Assembly (NCBI GenBank): GCA_038845265.1 | Contig: JAWBQR010000007.1 | Location: forward strand, 1-64,000 | Direction of reading: 5' to 3' | DNA: 64,000 bases | From: Nitrososphaerota archaeon | GTDB lineage: Archaea > Thermoproteota > Nitrososphaeria_A > Caldarchaeales > Calditenuaceae | In this document: positions 40,139 through 51,140 of the stretch, piece by piece | How positions within the stretch are numbered: the first letter of the stretch is position 1 | Layout: each line of letters begins with the position of its first letter | The notes under the pieces: model-generated | Databases searched by the model: none | Told to the model about the DNA's origin: nothing | Seen by the model: only the letters and a program-made list of their open reading frames with translations | Made by a program: the position numbers and the translations under genes

Positions 40139-41413
40139 TTGGACGTGGAACACTTTCAGTTGAAGGTAAGGGGTGAGGATGACCCTCTCAAGGAGCTCAT
40201 AACGCAGGTTAGGTCTTCTCCTAGTCTTTTTATTAATCGAGAGGTGCTTCGGGCCGACTATATTCCAGGCAATCTGCCGCATAGATGGGAGCATATTAGG
40301 CGTCTCGGCGAGATCCTATCGCCGGGCCTGAGGTCCTCGAGGCCCAGCAATGTCTTCATCTATGGCAAGACCGGTACTGGTAAGACTGCGGTAGTAAAGC
40401 ACGTCTTCAAGAGGTTCTCCGAAGAGTCCGCAAATATGAATCTTCCGCTGAGGTTCATTTACATTAACTGTAGGCTGACTGGGACGGAGTATAGGGTGCT
40501 TTCTGAACTATGCTCCGCTCTTGGAGTAAGGATACCCTTCACTGGTCTTTCTAGGGCTGAGGTCTTCAGCAGATTTAGGAATGCTCTGCATCAATCATCA
40601 TCCTTGCTTGTCGCTTGTCTTGATGAGATTGATGTTTTGGTTAAGAGCTCGGGCGATGCTTTGCTATATGAGCTTACTAGGATTAATGAGGCGTCTGAGG
40701 GCGGCCAGCTATCAATCGTAGGCGTGTCTAATGACTTGATGTTTAAGGAGATGCTTGACCCAAGGGTATTAAGCAGCCTAAGCGAGGAGGAGATCGTCTT
40801 TCATCCCTATACTGCGATAGAGCTCATAGACATTCTAAGCGAGAGGGCGGCCCTGGCCTTCAGGGAAGGAGCCGTCCCTCAACCAGTAATTAATCTATGC
40901 GCTGCGTTGGCTGCTGCTGAGCATGGCGATGCCAGGCGAGCCCTGGATCTACTCAGAGTTGCCGCAGAGATAGCTGAGAGGAATGGCTCCATAGTGGTTA
41001 ATGAGGGACATGTTAAGGCTGCTCTCGGCGTCATCGAGCAGGGACGCGTCTACGAGGCGTTGTCAACGCTTCCATTACATGGAAGAATTGTCTTGATGGC
41101 TGCTTTTCACGCCGCTAGGTCTGGCGTTCAAAGGGTAACGTCAGGCATGGTTTACAATTATTATAGGGAGCTTTGTAGAAATCTGGGCCTGGACCCGCTT
41201 ACTGATAGGAGGGTTAGCTCGCTTTTATCGGAGCTGGATATGCTTGGAGTGATTTCATGCGACATTGTGAGCTTTGGGAGATATGGTAGGACGAGGAGAA
41301 TAGTCCTCAAGGTGCCAATAGAGGAGATAAGGAGCGTCTTGGAGAGGGACGAGCTATTATCGGGGCTACTAGAATACACCTATAAGCCCTCATCAAAAGA
41401 GAATGAGCAGTGA
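40139..41413 (+). CDS. cdc6: Orc1/Cdc6 replication initiator
   Basis: DYIP..LPHR, YGKTGTGKT, LDEID, LDPRVLSSL, HGDARRALDLLR, wHTH with GRYGRTR. Confidence 0.96.
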   Translation: MDVEHFQLKVRGEDDPLKELITQVRSSPSLFINREVLRADYIPGNLPHRWEHIRRLGEILSPGLRSSRPSNVFIYGKTGTGKTAVVKHVFKRFSEESANMNLPLRFIYINCRLTGTEYRVLSELCSALGVRIPFTGLSRAEVFSRFRNALHQSSSLLVACLDEIDVLVKSSGDALLYELTRINEASEGGQLSIVGVSNDLMFKEMLDPRVLSSLSEEEIVFHPYTAIELIDILSERAALAFREGAVPQPVINLCAALAAAEHGDARRALDLLRVAAEIAERNGSIVVNEGHVKAALGVIEQGRVYEALSTLPLHGRIVLMAAFHAARSGVQRVTSGMVYNYYRELCRNLGLDPLTDRRVSSLLSELDMLGVISCDIVSFGRYGRTRRIVLKVPIEEIRSVLERDELLSGLLEYTYKPSSKENEQ

Positions 41414-42870
41414 CAAGTACTGATAGAAGAGACGCCAAGAGGCTTGCATCGAAGGCCCTGAGTAGGGGCTACCAACTAACAGAGTCATCTATCAAGATGT
41501 TGCTTGAGAGAAAAAACCCAGAGGAACTGCTTGAAAAATTATTGTCTTGGCTAAAAATTTCTAGGCCTGGAACAGTACTGGTTGAGCCGAGCATTGTTGA
41601 GGATTTCTTAAGGATGATAGAGCAGGCGGAGGCCCCGCAGGAATATGTATCAATGACTGCTACGTTCAAGATCAGGTCGACGCCTTATAGCGATGTATGG
41701 ATCGAGGGCTCGACCGAAGAATTTAGGCTCTACTTTACTGTTCGGTATCAACGCCTCAGAGAAGTTTTTGAGAAGCGTGGAATAACTGTTTATTCCCCAT
41801 CCGAGGTTAAGGCGCAGGGGCTAAAGGAGGCCTACGTCGTCGGCATGGTCTCTGAGGTTAGACCAATAAAGAATGGCTACAGCGTCCTCATCGAGGACCC
41901 CAAGGGGATTTGGAGAGTTATCGTGCCGAAGGGCGATAGGATGCTGGAGGAGCGCGTTGGGGAGCTATTGCCGGATATGGTCGTGACCATTAGGGTTAGG
42001 AGCCGCACGTCTGGCCTGCTCGCCCAAGATATACTCTTGCCGGACATACCTCCAGCACCATCGAGAAAGCTAAACGGACCAGACGTCAATATCTGCATCA
42101 TCTCGGACGTCCATGTCGGGAGCTCGAGATTCAATGAGGAGCTATTCAAAGACTTTCTCGAATGGCTATCTTCTGACGAGAATGATGCGGCTAAGACTGC
42201 TTTCCTAATCATTAATGGTGACTTGGTTGATGGCGTCTACGTCTATCCGGGCCAGGAGAATGAGCTTGCCATCTCATCACTGAATAAACAGTTCGAGAAG
42301 GCCTCAGAGTTGCTTAGAAAAATTCCAGAGAGGATAACTGTGATTTATGCGCCGGGCAATCACGAGCCAGTCAGAAAGGCTCTTCCCCAGCCCCCCATCC
42401 AGCCTAGGTATAAGGAGATGCTTGGCCTGCAGGACCAGTTGGTATACGTGGGCAACCCGGCCTGGCTCTCCTTCGACGATGTGAATCTCCTGATATTTCA
42501 CGGCCAGACGCTTGACGACATAATTCAGTCCGGGAGCCGGTTCTCATACAGCACTATTCACCAAGACGCAGTTGGATTATTGGAGTTTGTCCTGAGGGCG
42601 CGGCACTTGGCGCCTACATACGGAGTAGTGACTCCTCTACTACCCCTGCGAGACGATCCATTGATGATATCAGATGTGCCGGACGTCTTTGTCACGGGTC
42701 ACATACATGTAGCGGCCCACGGCGTGTATAGGGGCGTCCACTTAGTCAATACTGGGGCCTGGCAGGAGCGGACGAGTTTCCAGGCAAGCCTCGGCCTCGA
42801 GCCAAGCGTAGGAACAGCAGCCATAATCAATCTAAGAAGCATGAGTGTCAGCATTAAGCAGTTTGGGTAA
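41410..42870 (+). CDS. polB: DNA polymerase D small (exonuclease) subunit DP1
   Basis: OB fold plus calcineurin-like motifs [36 protein letters not shown]. Confidence 0.92.
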   Translation: MTSTDRRDAKRLASKALSRGYQLTESSIKMLLERKNPEELLEKLLSWLKISRPGTVLVEPSIVEDFLRMIEQAEAPQEYVSMTATFKIRSTPYSDVWIEGSTEEFRLYFTVRYQRLREVFEKRGITVYSPSEVKAQGLKEAYVVGMVSEVRPIKNGYSVLIEDPKGIWRVIVPKGDRMLEERVGELLPDMVVTIRVRSRTSGLLAQDILLPDIPPAPSRKLNGPDVNICIISDVHVGSSRFNEELFKDFLEWLSSDENDAAKTAFLIINGDLVDGVYVYPGQENELAISSLNKQFEKASELLRKIPERITVIYAPGNHEPVRKALPQPPIQPRYKEMLGLQDQLVYVGNPAWLSFDDVNLLIFHGQTLDDIIQSGSRFSYSTIHQDAVGLLEFVLRARHLAPTYGVVTPLLPLRDDPLMISDVPDVFVTGHIHVAAHGVYRGVHLVNTGAWQERTSFQASLGLEPSVGTAAIINLRSMSVSIKQFG

Positions 42871-45619
42871 TTCCTTTAAAGAATCTCTGAATCTCTATTC
42901 TCTTTAGTACTTCAATGCTGAAAAATGTCACAATCGCGCTACCCATGATCCATGCTAGGTCTATTGTGTTTGGGAGAGTCATGTGGAGGGCCTGTCTCGT
43001 CGCTGGAATATTGATGAGCAGGGTTATCAGGAATAATTCCCAAATTATTGTGAGAATCAATAATTTATGGGGCTTTGATACAAATACTGAATGGATGAGT
43101 GAGCGGCAATTAATCGCTATTGTTAGCTCCACTGCTATGAACATTAGGAATAATCTACTCCTAGCAACTTCTATCCCCATAGGCAGAGCATGGATGAATC
43201 CCAACGTCAGTATTGGTGTCTCTACAATTAGGGCTCTAATTATGAAATCGACTACTTCACGAGTAAATACTGGCTCCCTCTTGGGCCTGGGGGGACGCTT
43301 CATCAAGTCGTGGTCAGGAGGACTGAAGCCAAGCGCTATGGCCGGCAGACCGTCGGTGGCCAGGTTGATGTAGAGAATCTGGACTGGGAGGAGGGGTAGT
43401 AATTCTTCTCCGTGAAGGCCCAGTAGCGGTAGTATAATGAGTGCGGCGACGCCTATCACCGCCACCTCTACTAGATTTGCCTGAAGCAGATAGGCTAGAT
43501 ACTTCTTTATGTTGTCGTAGATCCATCTTCCCAGCTCTACTGCCTTTACGATTGTTGCGAAGTTGTCGTCTAGCAGAATTAGGTCTGATGACTCCTTTGC
43601 CACCTCTGTGCCGGTTATGCCCATAGCTATCCCTATATCTGCCTTCTTTAGGGCTGGAGCATCATTTACACCGTCACCGGTCATGGCCACGGTCTTTCCG
43701 AGCTTCTTCCATGCATCAACTATCCGGAGCTTATGTAGAGGGGATACACGTGCATATACCGTGACTTGTTCAACCTCTCTTGCTAATTCATCATCAGTCT
43801 TCTTCTCTATGTCTTCTCCTCTCAGTACTTTATCCCCCTCCTTGTAGATCTCTGTCTCCTTCGCGATCGCGATGGCCGTCAATGCGTGGTCTCCAGTAAT
43901 CATTACTGGCTTTATTCCCGCTAGTTTGCATAGCCTCACCGCCTCGATTGCCTCAGGCCTTGGGGGGTCCATTATGCCGACTAGTCCTATGAATGTGAAT
44001 CCCTGCTCGATGGATTCGTCATAGTTCTCAGGCAGCTGGTCTAGTCTCTTCTCAGCGATTGCTAGGACTCTTAGCCCTCTTGCCGCCATCTCTTCATTTA
44101 CTCTAAGTATCTCGGCCCTCATATTCTCAGATAATTCCTCGTCAATCTTGTCTCCAACCATTTTGGTGCATTTTGAGATGATGACTTCTGGTGCGCCCTT
44201 CATATAGGCCATGTAGCCCTCGGGCCCTGAGACAATTGTAGTCATTCTCTTTCTCTCGGAGCTAAATGGCACCTCCCCCAGCCTTTTATGGCTAGTTAGT
44301 GTCTTCTCGTAGTTTAGGCCGAGCTTTTCAGAGAGGACTAGCAATGCGCCCTCGGTAGGGTCGCCGGTGATGACTAGTTTTCCACTCTCTCTCCTCAGAA
44401 CTGCATCTGACGATAGGACTGCTGCCATAGCTAATTTGTGAAGCAATGGCTGGAGCTCCTCACTGCTTACTACTTGCTGGAGTGGCTGATCATTGCTCGA
44501 AGTGCTTTTTTCGGGAATGTTATATAATTTCCCCGCAATGTATAATTGCCGCGCGGTCATTTCTCCCTTAGTTATTGTGCCGGTCTTGTCTGAGCAGATT
44601 ATCTCGGTGGAGCCGAGGGTCTCCACGGCCGTTAGATTCCTAGCTAGTGAGTTTCTCTTAGCGAGTAGCCATGTGCCGACTGCAAGGGTGCTGGTAACTA
44701 TTGCTGGGAGGGCTTCTGGGACAGCGGCAACTGCAAGTGAGACTGAGAACATAAAAATGTTTATGATTGTGGTCTGTCCGAGGGGTTCTCCGCGAATAAT
44801 AAACTCAAAGATGTCTATTAGGGCTATGGTTGCCACGAGTATGATGACTATCTTTCCAAGGGTCTTTGCAACCTCGTCCATCCTCACCTCTAGGGGGGTT
44901 TTCTCTTCTCTTATCTCGGATACTTGCTGCGCTATTTTTCCGAACTCCATCTGCATTCCCGTCGCGGTTACTACTGCCTTCCCCTTTCCACTGGTGACTG
45001 ATGTCCCAGCATAGACCATGTTGGTCCTGTCCGATAGAGCTGTATCTCTTGGAAGGATGGTAGTTTTCTTGAGGACGGGCTCAGACTCGCCTGTAAGTGC
45101 TGCCTCATATACTTGGAGATTAAATGACTCGATGACTCTTGCATCAGCGACGACTTTGTCGCCGGCCTCTAGAAGCAGTATGTCTCCGGGAACAACGTCT
45201 TCAGCGGCTATGCGTAGCTTCTCGCCGTCCCTCAGGACGTTGCATGTCGGGCTCAGCATCTTCCTCAGCGACTCGACGATCCTCTCAGCCCTGAACTCCT
45301 GCCAGAACCCTAGAACCGACGAGACCAGTACTATTACAAGTATCACCACTGCGTCTATGTATTCGCCGAGGAGCGCAGAAATCGCCGTGGCTATCAGCAA
45401 TATTATTATCATTAAGTTCATGAATTGCCTGATGAGAATCTTGAGTGGGGAGACTCCCTTTTTGCGCTCTATTATGTTTGGGCCAAAGATTTCTTTCCTT
45501 CGTCTTGCCTCGTTTTTGGACAAGCCTTTCTCGGCATCCGTGCCGAGCAGCTCTAAACACTCAGATACGCTCAGTGCATGCCAATCAGCAGTGATCTCCT
45601 TCTCTGGGCTTGAAGCCAA
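42854..45619 (-). CDS. Cation-transporting P-type ATPase (type IIA, Ca2+-like)
   Basis: [36 protein letters not shown]. Confidence 0.95.
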   Translation of the reverse strand: MASSPEKEITADWHALSVSECLELLGTDAEKGLSKNEARRRKEIFGPNIIERKKGVSPLKILIRQFMNLMIIILLIATAISALLGEYIDAVVILVIVLVSSVLGFWQEFRAERIVESLRKMLSPTCNVLRDGEKLRIAAEDVVPGDILLLEAGDKVVADARVIESFNLQVYEAALTGESEPVLKKTTILPRDTALSDRTNMVYAGTSVTSGKGKAVVTATGMQMEFGKIAQQVSEIREEKTPLEVRMDEVAKTLGKIVIILVATIALIDIFEFIIRGEPLGQTTIINIFMFSVSLAVAAVPEALPAIVTSTLAVGTWLLAKRNSLARNLTAVETLGSTEIICSDKTGTITKGEMTARQLYIAGKLYNIPEKSTSSNDQPLQQVVSSEELQPLLHKLAMAAVLSSDAVLRRESGKLVITGDPTEGALLVLSEKLGLNYEKTLTSHKRLGEVPFSSERKRMTTIVSGPEGYMAYMKGAPEVIISKCTKMVGDKIDEELSENMRAEILRVNEEMAARGLRVLAIAEKRLDQLPENYDESIEQGFTFIGLVGIMDPPRPEAIEAVRLCKLAGIKPVMITGDHALTAIAIAKETEIYKEGDKVLRGEDIEKKTDDELAREVEQVTVYARVSPLHKLRIVDAWKKLGKTVAMTGDGVNDAPALKKADIGIAMGITGTEVAKESSDLILLDDNFATIVKAVELGRWIYDNIKKYLAYLLQANLVEVAVIGVAALIILPLLGLHGEELLPLLPVQILYINLATDGLPAIALGFSPPDHDLMKRPPRPKREPVFTREVVDFIIRALIVETPILTLGFIHALPMGIEVARSRLFLMFIAVELTIAINCRSLIHSVFVSKPHKLLILTIIWELFLITLLINIPATRQALHMTLPNTIDLAWIMGSAIVTFFSIEVLKRIEIQRFFKGITQTA

Positions 45620-45663
45620 TCTTACATGTATATCAGTATTCTGGCGGTATTTGGGTATGATTC

Positions 45664-45837
45664 TTATTCCTCTGCTTGTAGATTTAGGTTTCTACGTCTC
45701 TTTACCGGCAGTCCTAAGTCTCGTCTCACGAGGTCCTCGATGTATTCACTAATGATTATTCCGTCCCTATCCCTCTTCTCGTAGAGCATGTAGGCTATCT
45801 CCATATCAATAGATATCGACAGTACTGTCTTCGGCAT
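45664..45837 (-). CDS. Small ribbon-helix-helix (CopG-like) protein, divergent from the portal gene
   Basis: [11 protein letters not shown]...[14 protein letters not shown]: alternating strand, helix, S..I helix. Confidence 0.55.
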   Translation of the reverse strand: MPKTVLSISIDMEIAYMLYEKRDRDGIIISEYIEDLVRRDLGLPVKRRRNLNLQAEE

Positions 45838-45927
45838 CAATAAGAAAGACAAAACATGGAAATATTAATTTGGAGAGTATTGACTGAAAATGGTTTAGAT
45901 TCACTCACCACCCTCTCCTCTCAATAT

Positions 45928-45949
45928 TAACATTATATTAAGCATGTTA
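45928..45949. promoter_or_regulatory. Inverted repeat TAACAT-N10-ATGTTA enclosing a TATA-like box upstream of the portal gene
   Basis: Sequence TAACAT TATATTAAGC ATGTTA about 30-50 bp upstream of the portal ATG. Confidence 0.4.
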
Positions 45950-45978
45950 TATTTAGGCCAATTTAATATAATTAGACG

Positions 45979-47277
45979 ATGCTTGAAGCGTTGTTGTCGG
46001 CGGTGAGGCGGCTGGCCCGGCTGATGGGAAGAGATGGGGAGGAAGTGGCTGGGCCGAGTGGGTCCTTGGCGCTTCTGGGTGAGGGTTATGCTGGTGCATC
46101 GCCTGAGCCCGGATTGTCGGTTCTGGTTGACTGGTATAGAAGGGAGCCATATGTGAGATATGCGGTCGATGCATATGCCGGCAGAATAGCTTCTAAGTTC
46201 TACATCACTTCAAATGACCCTGAGGCGCTTAACTTCCTCATGATTTTCCTGAGGAGAAATAAGTTTTCATCGATTAATCGACTTATCGCTAGGGATGTTG
46301 TTCTCTCGGGTAATGCTTTCCTGAATGTTGTCCCGGCATCCAGGATATCTAACCTGTATCTCTTGCCGCTCAGCAGCATCTCAAGCATACTGAGAAATGA
46401 TTCTGGAGAAGTCGTCGAGTATCTCCAGAATTGGGGAGGAATGATTAGGAGGCTTCCTCCGGAAGAGGTGCATCACTATAGGTTTAATCCCATTGATAAC
46501 GCCGCCTTCGGGGAGGGCCTGATAAATCACTTGACCCGGCCCGGGAGGGGCTACTTCAGGAAGGGCAGACAGGTCAGGAGGCCTCCGTTACTAGAGATCA
46601 AGGAGAGAATCGATAATGCTGCCAGGCTTCTTCTCGAGGAGATGCCGCCATTCTTCGTCTTTAAGGTCCCTCTCGGGAAGAGACGGGAGTTCTCGGAGAC
46701 GTATAATCAGCTCCTCCCGGGCCAGCACGTTGTCATCGACTACGATGTCTTTGAGGTCAAGTCTTCTCAGGTCGAGTCTAGGACGAGGTTCTGGGAGCTC
46801 TGGGAATACCTCGATAGGCAAGTCCTGACTGGGCTGAAGAATCCATTAGTGCGTTTAATCACCTATACTGGCTTTAGCAGGGCATCCGCTGAGGCTGCTC
46901 TCGAAACTCTTGAGCCAGAGATATCGTCTATCCAAGAATTCCTCGGCTCAGAGCATGAAGCCCTGCTTAACAGGGTCCTAGAGAGCAATGGGTTTGACGT
47001 TGAGCTCGCTGATGTTAGGTGGAACTGGGCGAGTTCAGAGTTTCCAGAATGGAGCATTAGAGACGTGATAGATCTCTATGAAGCAGGTCTCCTCGAGAGG
47101 GAGGAGGCCAGGACAATTATCAGGGAGCTGACCGGACTCTTCGTCGGAGCTGAAAGAGAGCATAACCTCCGACTCATGAGTAGGGAAGAATCAATATACG
47201 TTTTATGGAACGGGAAAGTCTCCGCAGTCTCACCTGAGACTGCGATGATCCTCGAGGGGAGGATTAGAAATGCTTGA
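45979..47277 (+). CDS. Phage portal protein
   Basis: Y...PYVRYAVD, DVVLSGNAFL, LPLSSI, VVEYLQ, LPPEEVHHYRFNPIDNAAFGEG, C-terminal GLLEREEAR. Confidence 0.82.
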   Translation: MLEALLSAVRRLARLMGRDGEEVAGPSGSLALLGEGYAGASPEPGLSVLVDWYRREPYVRYAVDAYAGRIASKFYITSNDPEALNFLMIFLRRNKFSSINRLIARDVVLSGNAFLNVVPASRISNLYLLPLSSISSILRNDSGEVVEYLQNWGGMIRRLPPEEVHHYRFNPIDNAAFGEGLINHLTRPGRGYFRKGRQVRRPPLLEIKERIDNAARLLLEEMPPFFVFKVPLGKRREFSETYNQLLPGQHVVIDYDVFEVKSSQVESRTRFWELWEYLDRQVLTGLKNPLVRLITYTGFSRASAEAALETLEPEISSIQEFLGSEHEALLNRVLESNGFDVELADVRWNWASSEFPEWSIRDVIDLYEAGLLEREEARTIIRELTGLFVGAEREHNLRLMSREESIYVLWNGKVSAVSPETAMILEGRIRNA

Positions 47278-48322
47278 GAGTAGGGTCCTCTCGTTTAGTT
47301 GGCTCGGAGAGATATCAGCAGAGCTGGCTGAAGGCATGATGCTTGCAGAGCTAATAGCAATACATGAGGGCGAGTCGAGACATCTTGGTACACCTAGGGA
47401 GCCCCGCATAAGGATTACCCGCGAAGAGATTATCAGGTCTGCAAGAACTCTCAGAGGAGCGTTGATAGACATCGACCACGCATTATCAGACCCTAAAGTA
47501 CAGCTCAGGGCGGAGTACTACCGTGAAAAGTATGGCCTAGGAACTTTGGGGCCAGTTGGTCAGGTGCTGGACGCCGAGGCTGAGGACAACCCTGAGGTCG
47601 GCGGCCTGGCTGTGGAGGCAGTTGCAAGCATCTGGGACAAGACTGTGTATAAACTCATCCAGGATGGAGTCTTTAAAGGATGTAGCGTCGTCCAGAAATA
47701 CAGATTCGACAAGTGTGTCCAGGGCACTTCATATGTCTGTGACGCCGTCGGTGTTAGTTATCCGATGGTCTCGCTTGTGCTCGAGGGCGAGCCTGCGTTT
47801 CCAAAGACGACCGTGAGGCCGCTTAGAATTGATAGAATCAAGCAAGGAAGACTGCAGGAGATAAAGGTACCGACTAGAATCGCAGGCATCTCAATTCATT
47901 ACTCATATTCTCCATGCTCTGGATTCAGCAGAAGACTCTTAGAGACAAGTCAAGTAACCGTAAGGCCGACCGGAATGATTGAAGCATCACCCATCTTTAA
48001 AGAGAATAAACCATGCGATCACTCAGGCTTCATCGATTCTCTCAAAAAGTTTGACTCACAGACCCCACACATGATTCCAACCCAAATATACCTCGATCTG
48101 ATGAGGTCAGCCCTTGCTGAGACCTCCGATTGTGGGCACCGAGAATTAGTCATGGCATGGATGCCGCCGACAACTATGGCCTACATGCCGGCGTGGAGGC
48201 TCCTATCATTCGTGTCTTGGCTCAGAAAATCTCTGGGCTCCCCCCAGACCGCTCTGCAGCTGCACGGCGGCTGGAGAGGGGGTGATGCAGAAAATTGGAT
48301 AAATCCCCAGAACAAAGATTAG
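47270..48322 (+). CDS. Putative prohead (capsid maturation) protease with C-terminal extension
   Basis: EEIIRSARTLRG.LIDIDH, VGQV, G.FKGCSV, SLVLEGEPAFP; located between portal and capsid genes. Confidence 0.65.
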   Translation: MLESRVLSFSWLGEISAELAEGMMLAELIAIHEGESRHLGTPREPRIRITREEIIRSARTLRGALIDIDHALSDPKVQLRAEYYREKYGLGTLGPVGQVLDAEAEDNPEVGGLAVEAVASIWDKTVYKLIQDGVFKGCSVVQKYRFDKCVQGTSYVCDAVGVSYPMVSLVLEGEPAFPKTTVRPLRIDRIKQGRLQEIKVPTRIAGISIHYSYSPCSGFSRRLLETSQVTVRPTGMIEASPIFKENKPCDHSGFIDSLKKFDSQTPHMIPTQIYLDLMRSALAETSDCGHRELVMAWMPPTTMAYMPAWRLLSFVSWLRKSLGSPQTALQLHGGWRGGDAENWINPQNKD

Positions 48323-48765
48323 GACAGCTGATATACAGGTCCGGAGAGAGAGCGACGGCAATCGTTAAGGCTGGAGCAATTGCCTTGACTGGTGGAGAGC
48401 TACTACGTGTCGGAGACAACGACGGCGAATTGACAGTCGCAGATAGTGGCGACATAGTAGTGGCCGTTCTTGGAGACGGGCAGACAATTCAGCCAAACAC
48501 ATCCGCCTACGCAGCAGTCTACTATCTGGGAAACGTTTTCAAGTTACGAGCGGCGGGCCAGGTCCAGAGGGGAAGCTGGGTCAAGGCAGGGATAGGCGGC
48601 AGCGTGGTCCAGGCAGAAACAACGGTAAGCATTCCTAGCGGAGCAGTACAAGTAAGCAGTACATCGGCGCAGCCATCAATGGTGGTCGAAGGATTCATAG
48701 GCATAGGAGTTGCCTTGGACGAGGCTGAGACTGCTGGAGACTTCATAAGGGTGGTGATGAAGTGA
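48295..48765 (+). CDS. Putative capsid cement/decoration protein (DUF2190-like)
   Basis: KAGAIAL.GG..V, LRAAGQVQRGSWV, IGVALDEAETAGDFIRV; immediately upstream of MCP. Confidence 0.65.
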   Translation: MDKSPEQRLGQLIYRSGERATAIVKAGAIALTGGELLRVGDNDGELTVADSGDIVVAVLGDGQTIQPNTSAYAAVYYLGNVFKLRAAGQVQRGSWVKAGIGGSVVQAETTVSIPSGAVQVSSTSAQPSMVVEGFIGIGVALDEAETAGDFIRVVMK

Positions 48766-49772
48766 TGAGTGAATCAATAAACGAGGTATTATCAAGCCTC
48801 GGGCAGCTCTATCCATGGTACTTCAGGGAGAGAAGATGCATCACGATGATTGATGCATATGAGGGCAGAGATTCTAGGCACGAGGGAATAATTGAAAGAA
48901 TAGTGACGAACAAGTTCCTGCAGAGGGCTAGGCAGTTCCTCTATACGGGAAGCGAGGCAGGCGCGTTAGGGCAGGTCGTAAGCGACGTCCTCAGGGCCGC
49001 ATATCCTGAACAGATCGGAAGAGAAATGGTGAGAATATATGAGAGTAGGGAGCCAAAGATAAGGATTCCATCGATTCCCAGGCTAGTTGCGTATAGGGCG
49101 GGCCCAGGAGCAACCGTGCCGCCGACAACGCCAAACATAACCTACATCGACCTCGACGTGAATGCCCCATCGCAGGGAGCAGTATTCAAGGCAAGGAGCG
49201 AGTGGGACATAAGCTTCGTTACCGCAGCTAACTGGGAGGCTGTGAGAGAGATCACTGCAAGCATAGGCTCGGCCATCGCGCTCGAGGAAAGCAAATTCAT
49301 ACTGTCATGTCTCAGGATGATCAGTGATGAGGAGCTCGCGGGAGGCGGCCCAATTAGTCTAGGAGATGCTCCAATAACTTTTGATGACATATTGGATTTG
49401 AAAGGCGCGGTCGATGGTGAGGAGAGAGCGCCTACTGGAAGGGACTACAAGTGCTTCCTCCACCCAAAGAGGGCGATAGATCTGCTGAAGGACCAGAAAT
49501 TCATTAACTCGATGATATGGGGCCAAGCGGTTAATAAGGAGAGAGGAGAGATTGGTGTCGCGGCTGGTATAAGGTTTTTCCAGAGCAGCCTGATACCTGA
49601 GGGTGAGGTCTGGCTACTAAACCCCGAGAGAGCCGTCGCGATGCTGATACACATAGACCTAACAGTCGAGCCGATCGAGACCAGCAGCACCACGAGCGGC
49701 GTCGAGGGATACGAATACATAGCTGCGAGAGTGCTTGATGGAAAGGCCGTCGCGAAGGGTACAATACCCTAG
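48762..49772 (+). CDS. HK97-fold major capsid protein
   Basis: E-loop-like IPS..VAYRAGPGATVP, IGSAIALEE.KFIL, ITFDDILDL, FLHP....DLLKD, GEIG..AGIRFFQSSLIPEG; context after portal/protease. Confidence 0.85.
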   Translation: MMSESINEVLSSLGQLYPWYFRERRCITMIDAYEGRDSRHEGIIERIVTNKFLQRARQFLYTGSEAGALGQVVSDVLRAAYPEQIGREMVRIYESREPKIRIPSIPRLVAYRAGPGATVPPTTPNITYIDLDVNAPSQGAVFKARSEWDISFVTAANWEAVREITASIGSAIALEESKFILSCLRMISDEELAGGGPISLGDAPITFDDILDLKGAVDGEERAPTGRDYKCFLHPKRAIDLLKDQKFINSMIWGQAVNKERGEIGVAAGIRFFQSSLIPEGEVWLLNPERAVAMLIHIDLTVEPIETSSTTSGVEGYEYIAARVLDGKAVAKGTIP

Positions 49773-49782
49773 AAGCAGCAGG

Positions 49783-49986
49783 ATGATTCATGAACGTGAG
49801 CCGAGGCTGATAATCTATGTCTCGGAGGAGATTCATAAGAAGTTGAAAGTGCTCTCCGCAAGTAGTGGGCTGACAATGGGCATGCTTTCAGACGCCTTCA
49901 TCAATTACGTACTCAGGAACAAGGAGCTGACTAGGCGTCTCATAGAGGACATGGGTGGGAGATGGATTGAGCAAGAAGAAACATAG
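49783..49986 (+). CDS. Ribbon-helix-helix DNA-binding protein
   Basis: RLIIYVSEEIHKKLKVLSASSGLTMGML (ParG/CopG-like). Confidence 0.65.
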   Translation: MIHEREPRLIIYVSEEIHKKLKVLSASSGLTMGMLSDAFINYVLRNKELTRRLIEDMGGRWIEQEET

Positions 49987-50149
49987 CCTCAGTCCAGGAC
50001 GAGAGACAACCCTCGAAGGCATAGCAGTCATATCGCTGACCTACGCACTAAACACATTCATCAATGGAGAGGTCACGGTCGGCGCTGCTCTTGCTGCTCT
50101 CGGATTGTCAATAATCTACCTGAAGTATAGGCTGAGAATTAAGGAATGA
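49955..50149 (+). CDS. Small two-TM membrane protein, holin-like
   Basis: Two hydrophobic helices and a basic C-terminus (LKYRLRIKE); in the capsid operon. Confidence 0.4.
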   Translation: MGDGLSKKKHSLSPGRETTLEGIAVISLTYALNTFINGEVTVGAALAALGLSIIYLKYRLRIKE

Positions 50150-51102
50150 GCTGCCTAGCGGTATTACTCATTCTTACAATACTTCAAGCATCAGTTATTA
50201 CGCAGAGTGAGAATTTTATCGGCGTCTTATCTGGCCCGGAGAGGAGTGGAGAGCAGCACCAATACGTGATAGACATTGAGCCAGGCACATTACTCATAGT
50301 CTCCGTCTCCTTCAAGTCTCTTGAGGGTGTCGGCGCAAGGATATACGCAGCTATCAGTGAGCCAAGTGGAGGAAACTATGCCTATGCTGATGAGCTTCTA
50401 GCTTCCTCTTCTTCCAGAACGTTGAATCTAAGCTACTACTTCGGCTCCTCGACGGATGCTAGAAATGTGAGGCTGCTGGTCGGCTCGGTTGCTGATAGAT
50501 ATGCGCCGGCTCTTATCAGGTATGACTTGACTGTTCATCGCTACAGACTGCTAGACATGGGGCTAGCGGATGCAGGTGATAGTCTAGAGGCGCCGCTAAT
50601 GATAGACCTTATAGATGGAGAACGAGCCGACGACGCCCATATACTCAGCATTAATGGATACCTCTCCCCCTCGGGGCTGGGAAATGACCATGCTGACTAT
50701 TACTTGATTCGTCTGCCAGTTAAGGACGACTATGTAGTGAGCGCCGAGATAATGGGTGACTCCTCATCGCTGATCAATGCATACATCAGGCTCAGTGATG
50801 GCTATCCAGTGAGCAGAATCTCAGGTAGTGGCATTACTGCGATGCTGAAGAACGCTGGCGAGTTCTTAGTCTCGGTCGAGACTTACGGAGCATCTTCCTC
50901 AATCATCAGCTATAACTTGACGCTCAGAGTATCGAGGCTCAGCAACTATGTGGAAAACGAATCCAGATGGGCACTGATAAACCTAGACATAGTCGTCGCT
51001 GCGCTGCTTGGATTAGCAGTTGCCCTGCTCCTGATGTATGCTACTGGCATCTGGGTTAGCGCGGGAAAGGATAGAAAGACACTAGCATCGTCATACCTCT
51101 AA
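50146..51102 (+). CDS. Secreted, C-terminally anchored beta-sandwich (PPC-like) surface protein
   Basis: Signal peptide, DAGDS and D.ADYY motifs, Y.LT strands, C-terminal TM. Confidence 0.55.
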   Translation: MSCLAVLLILTILQASVITQSENFIGVLSGPERSGEQHQYVIDIEPGTLLIVSVSFKSLEGVGARIYAAISEPSGGNYAYADELLASSSSRTLNLSYYFGSSTDARNVRLLVGSVADRYAPALIRYDLTVHRYRLLDMGLADAGDSLEAPLMIDLIDGERADDAHILSINGYLSPSGLGNDHADYYLIRLPVKDDYVVSAEIMGDSSSLINAYIRLSDGYPVSRISGSGITAMLKNAGEFLVSVETYGASSSIISYNLTLRVSRLSNYVENESRWALINLDIVVAALLGLAVALLLMYATGIWVSAGKDRKTLASSYL

Positions 51103-51140
51103 TCTCCCACGAGGAGTCATCAACCATAAAGAATTAATTT

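Larger units (their letters stand above)
45664..51102 (+). mobile_element. Virus-derived HK97-type head module (provirus remnant or GTA-like)
   Basis: Overlapping genes in canonical order portal-protease-cement-MCP, flanked by RHH genes; no integrase, terminase or att seen. Confidence 0.75.

Noticed and set aside
42915-45752. Several long + strand ORFs opposite the P-type ATPase, and similar antisense ORFs elsewhere
   Set aside because: They overlap well-supported genes and have Ser-rich, motif-free composition.
48762-49772. Encapsulin nanocompartment shell
   Set aside because: The HK97-fold gene is in an operon with portal, protease and cement genes, and tail genes are nearby; no cargo enzyme is adjacent.
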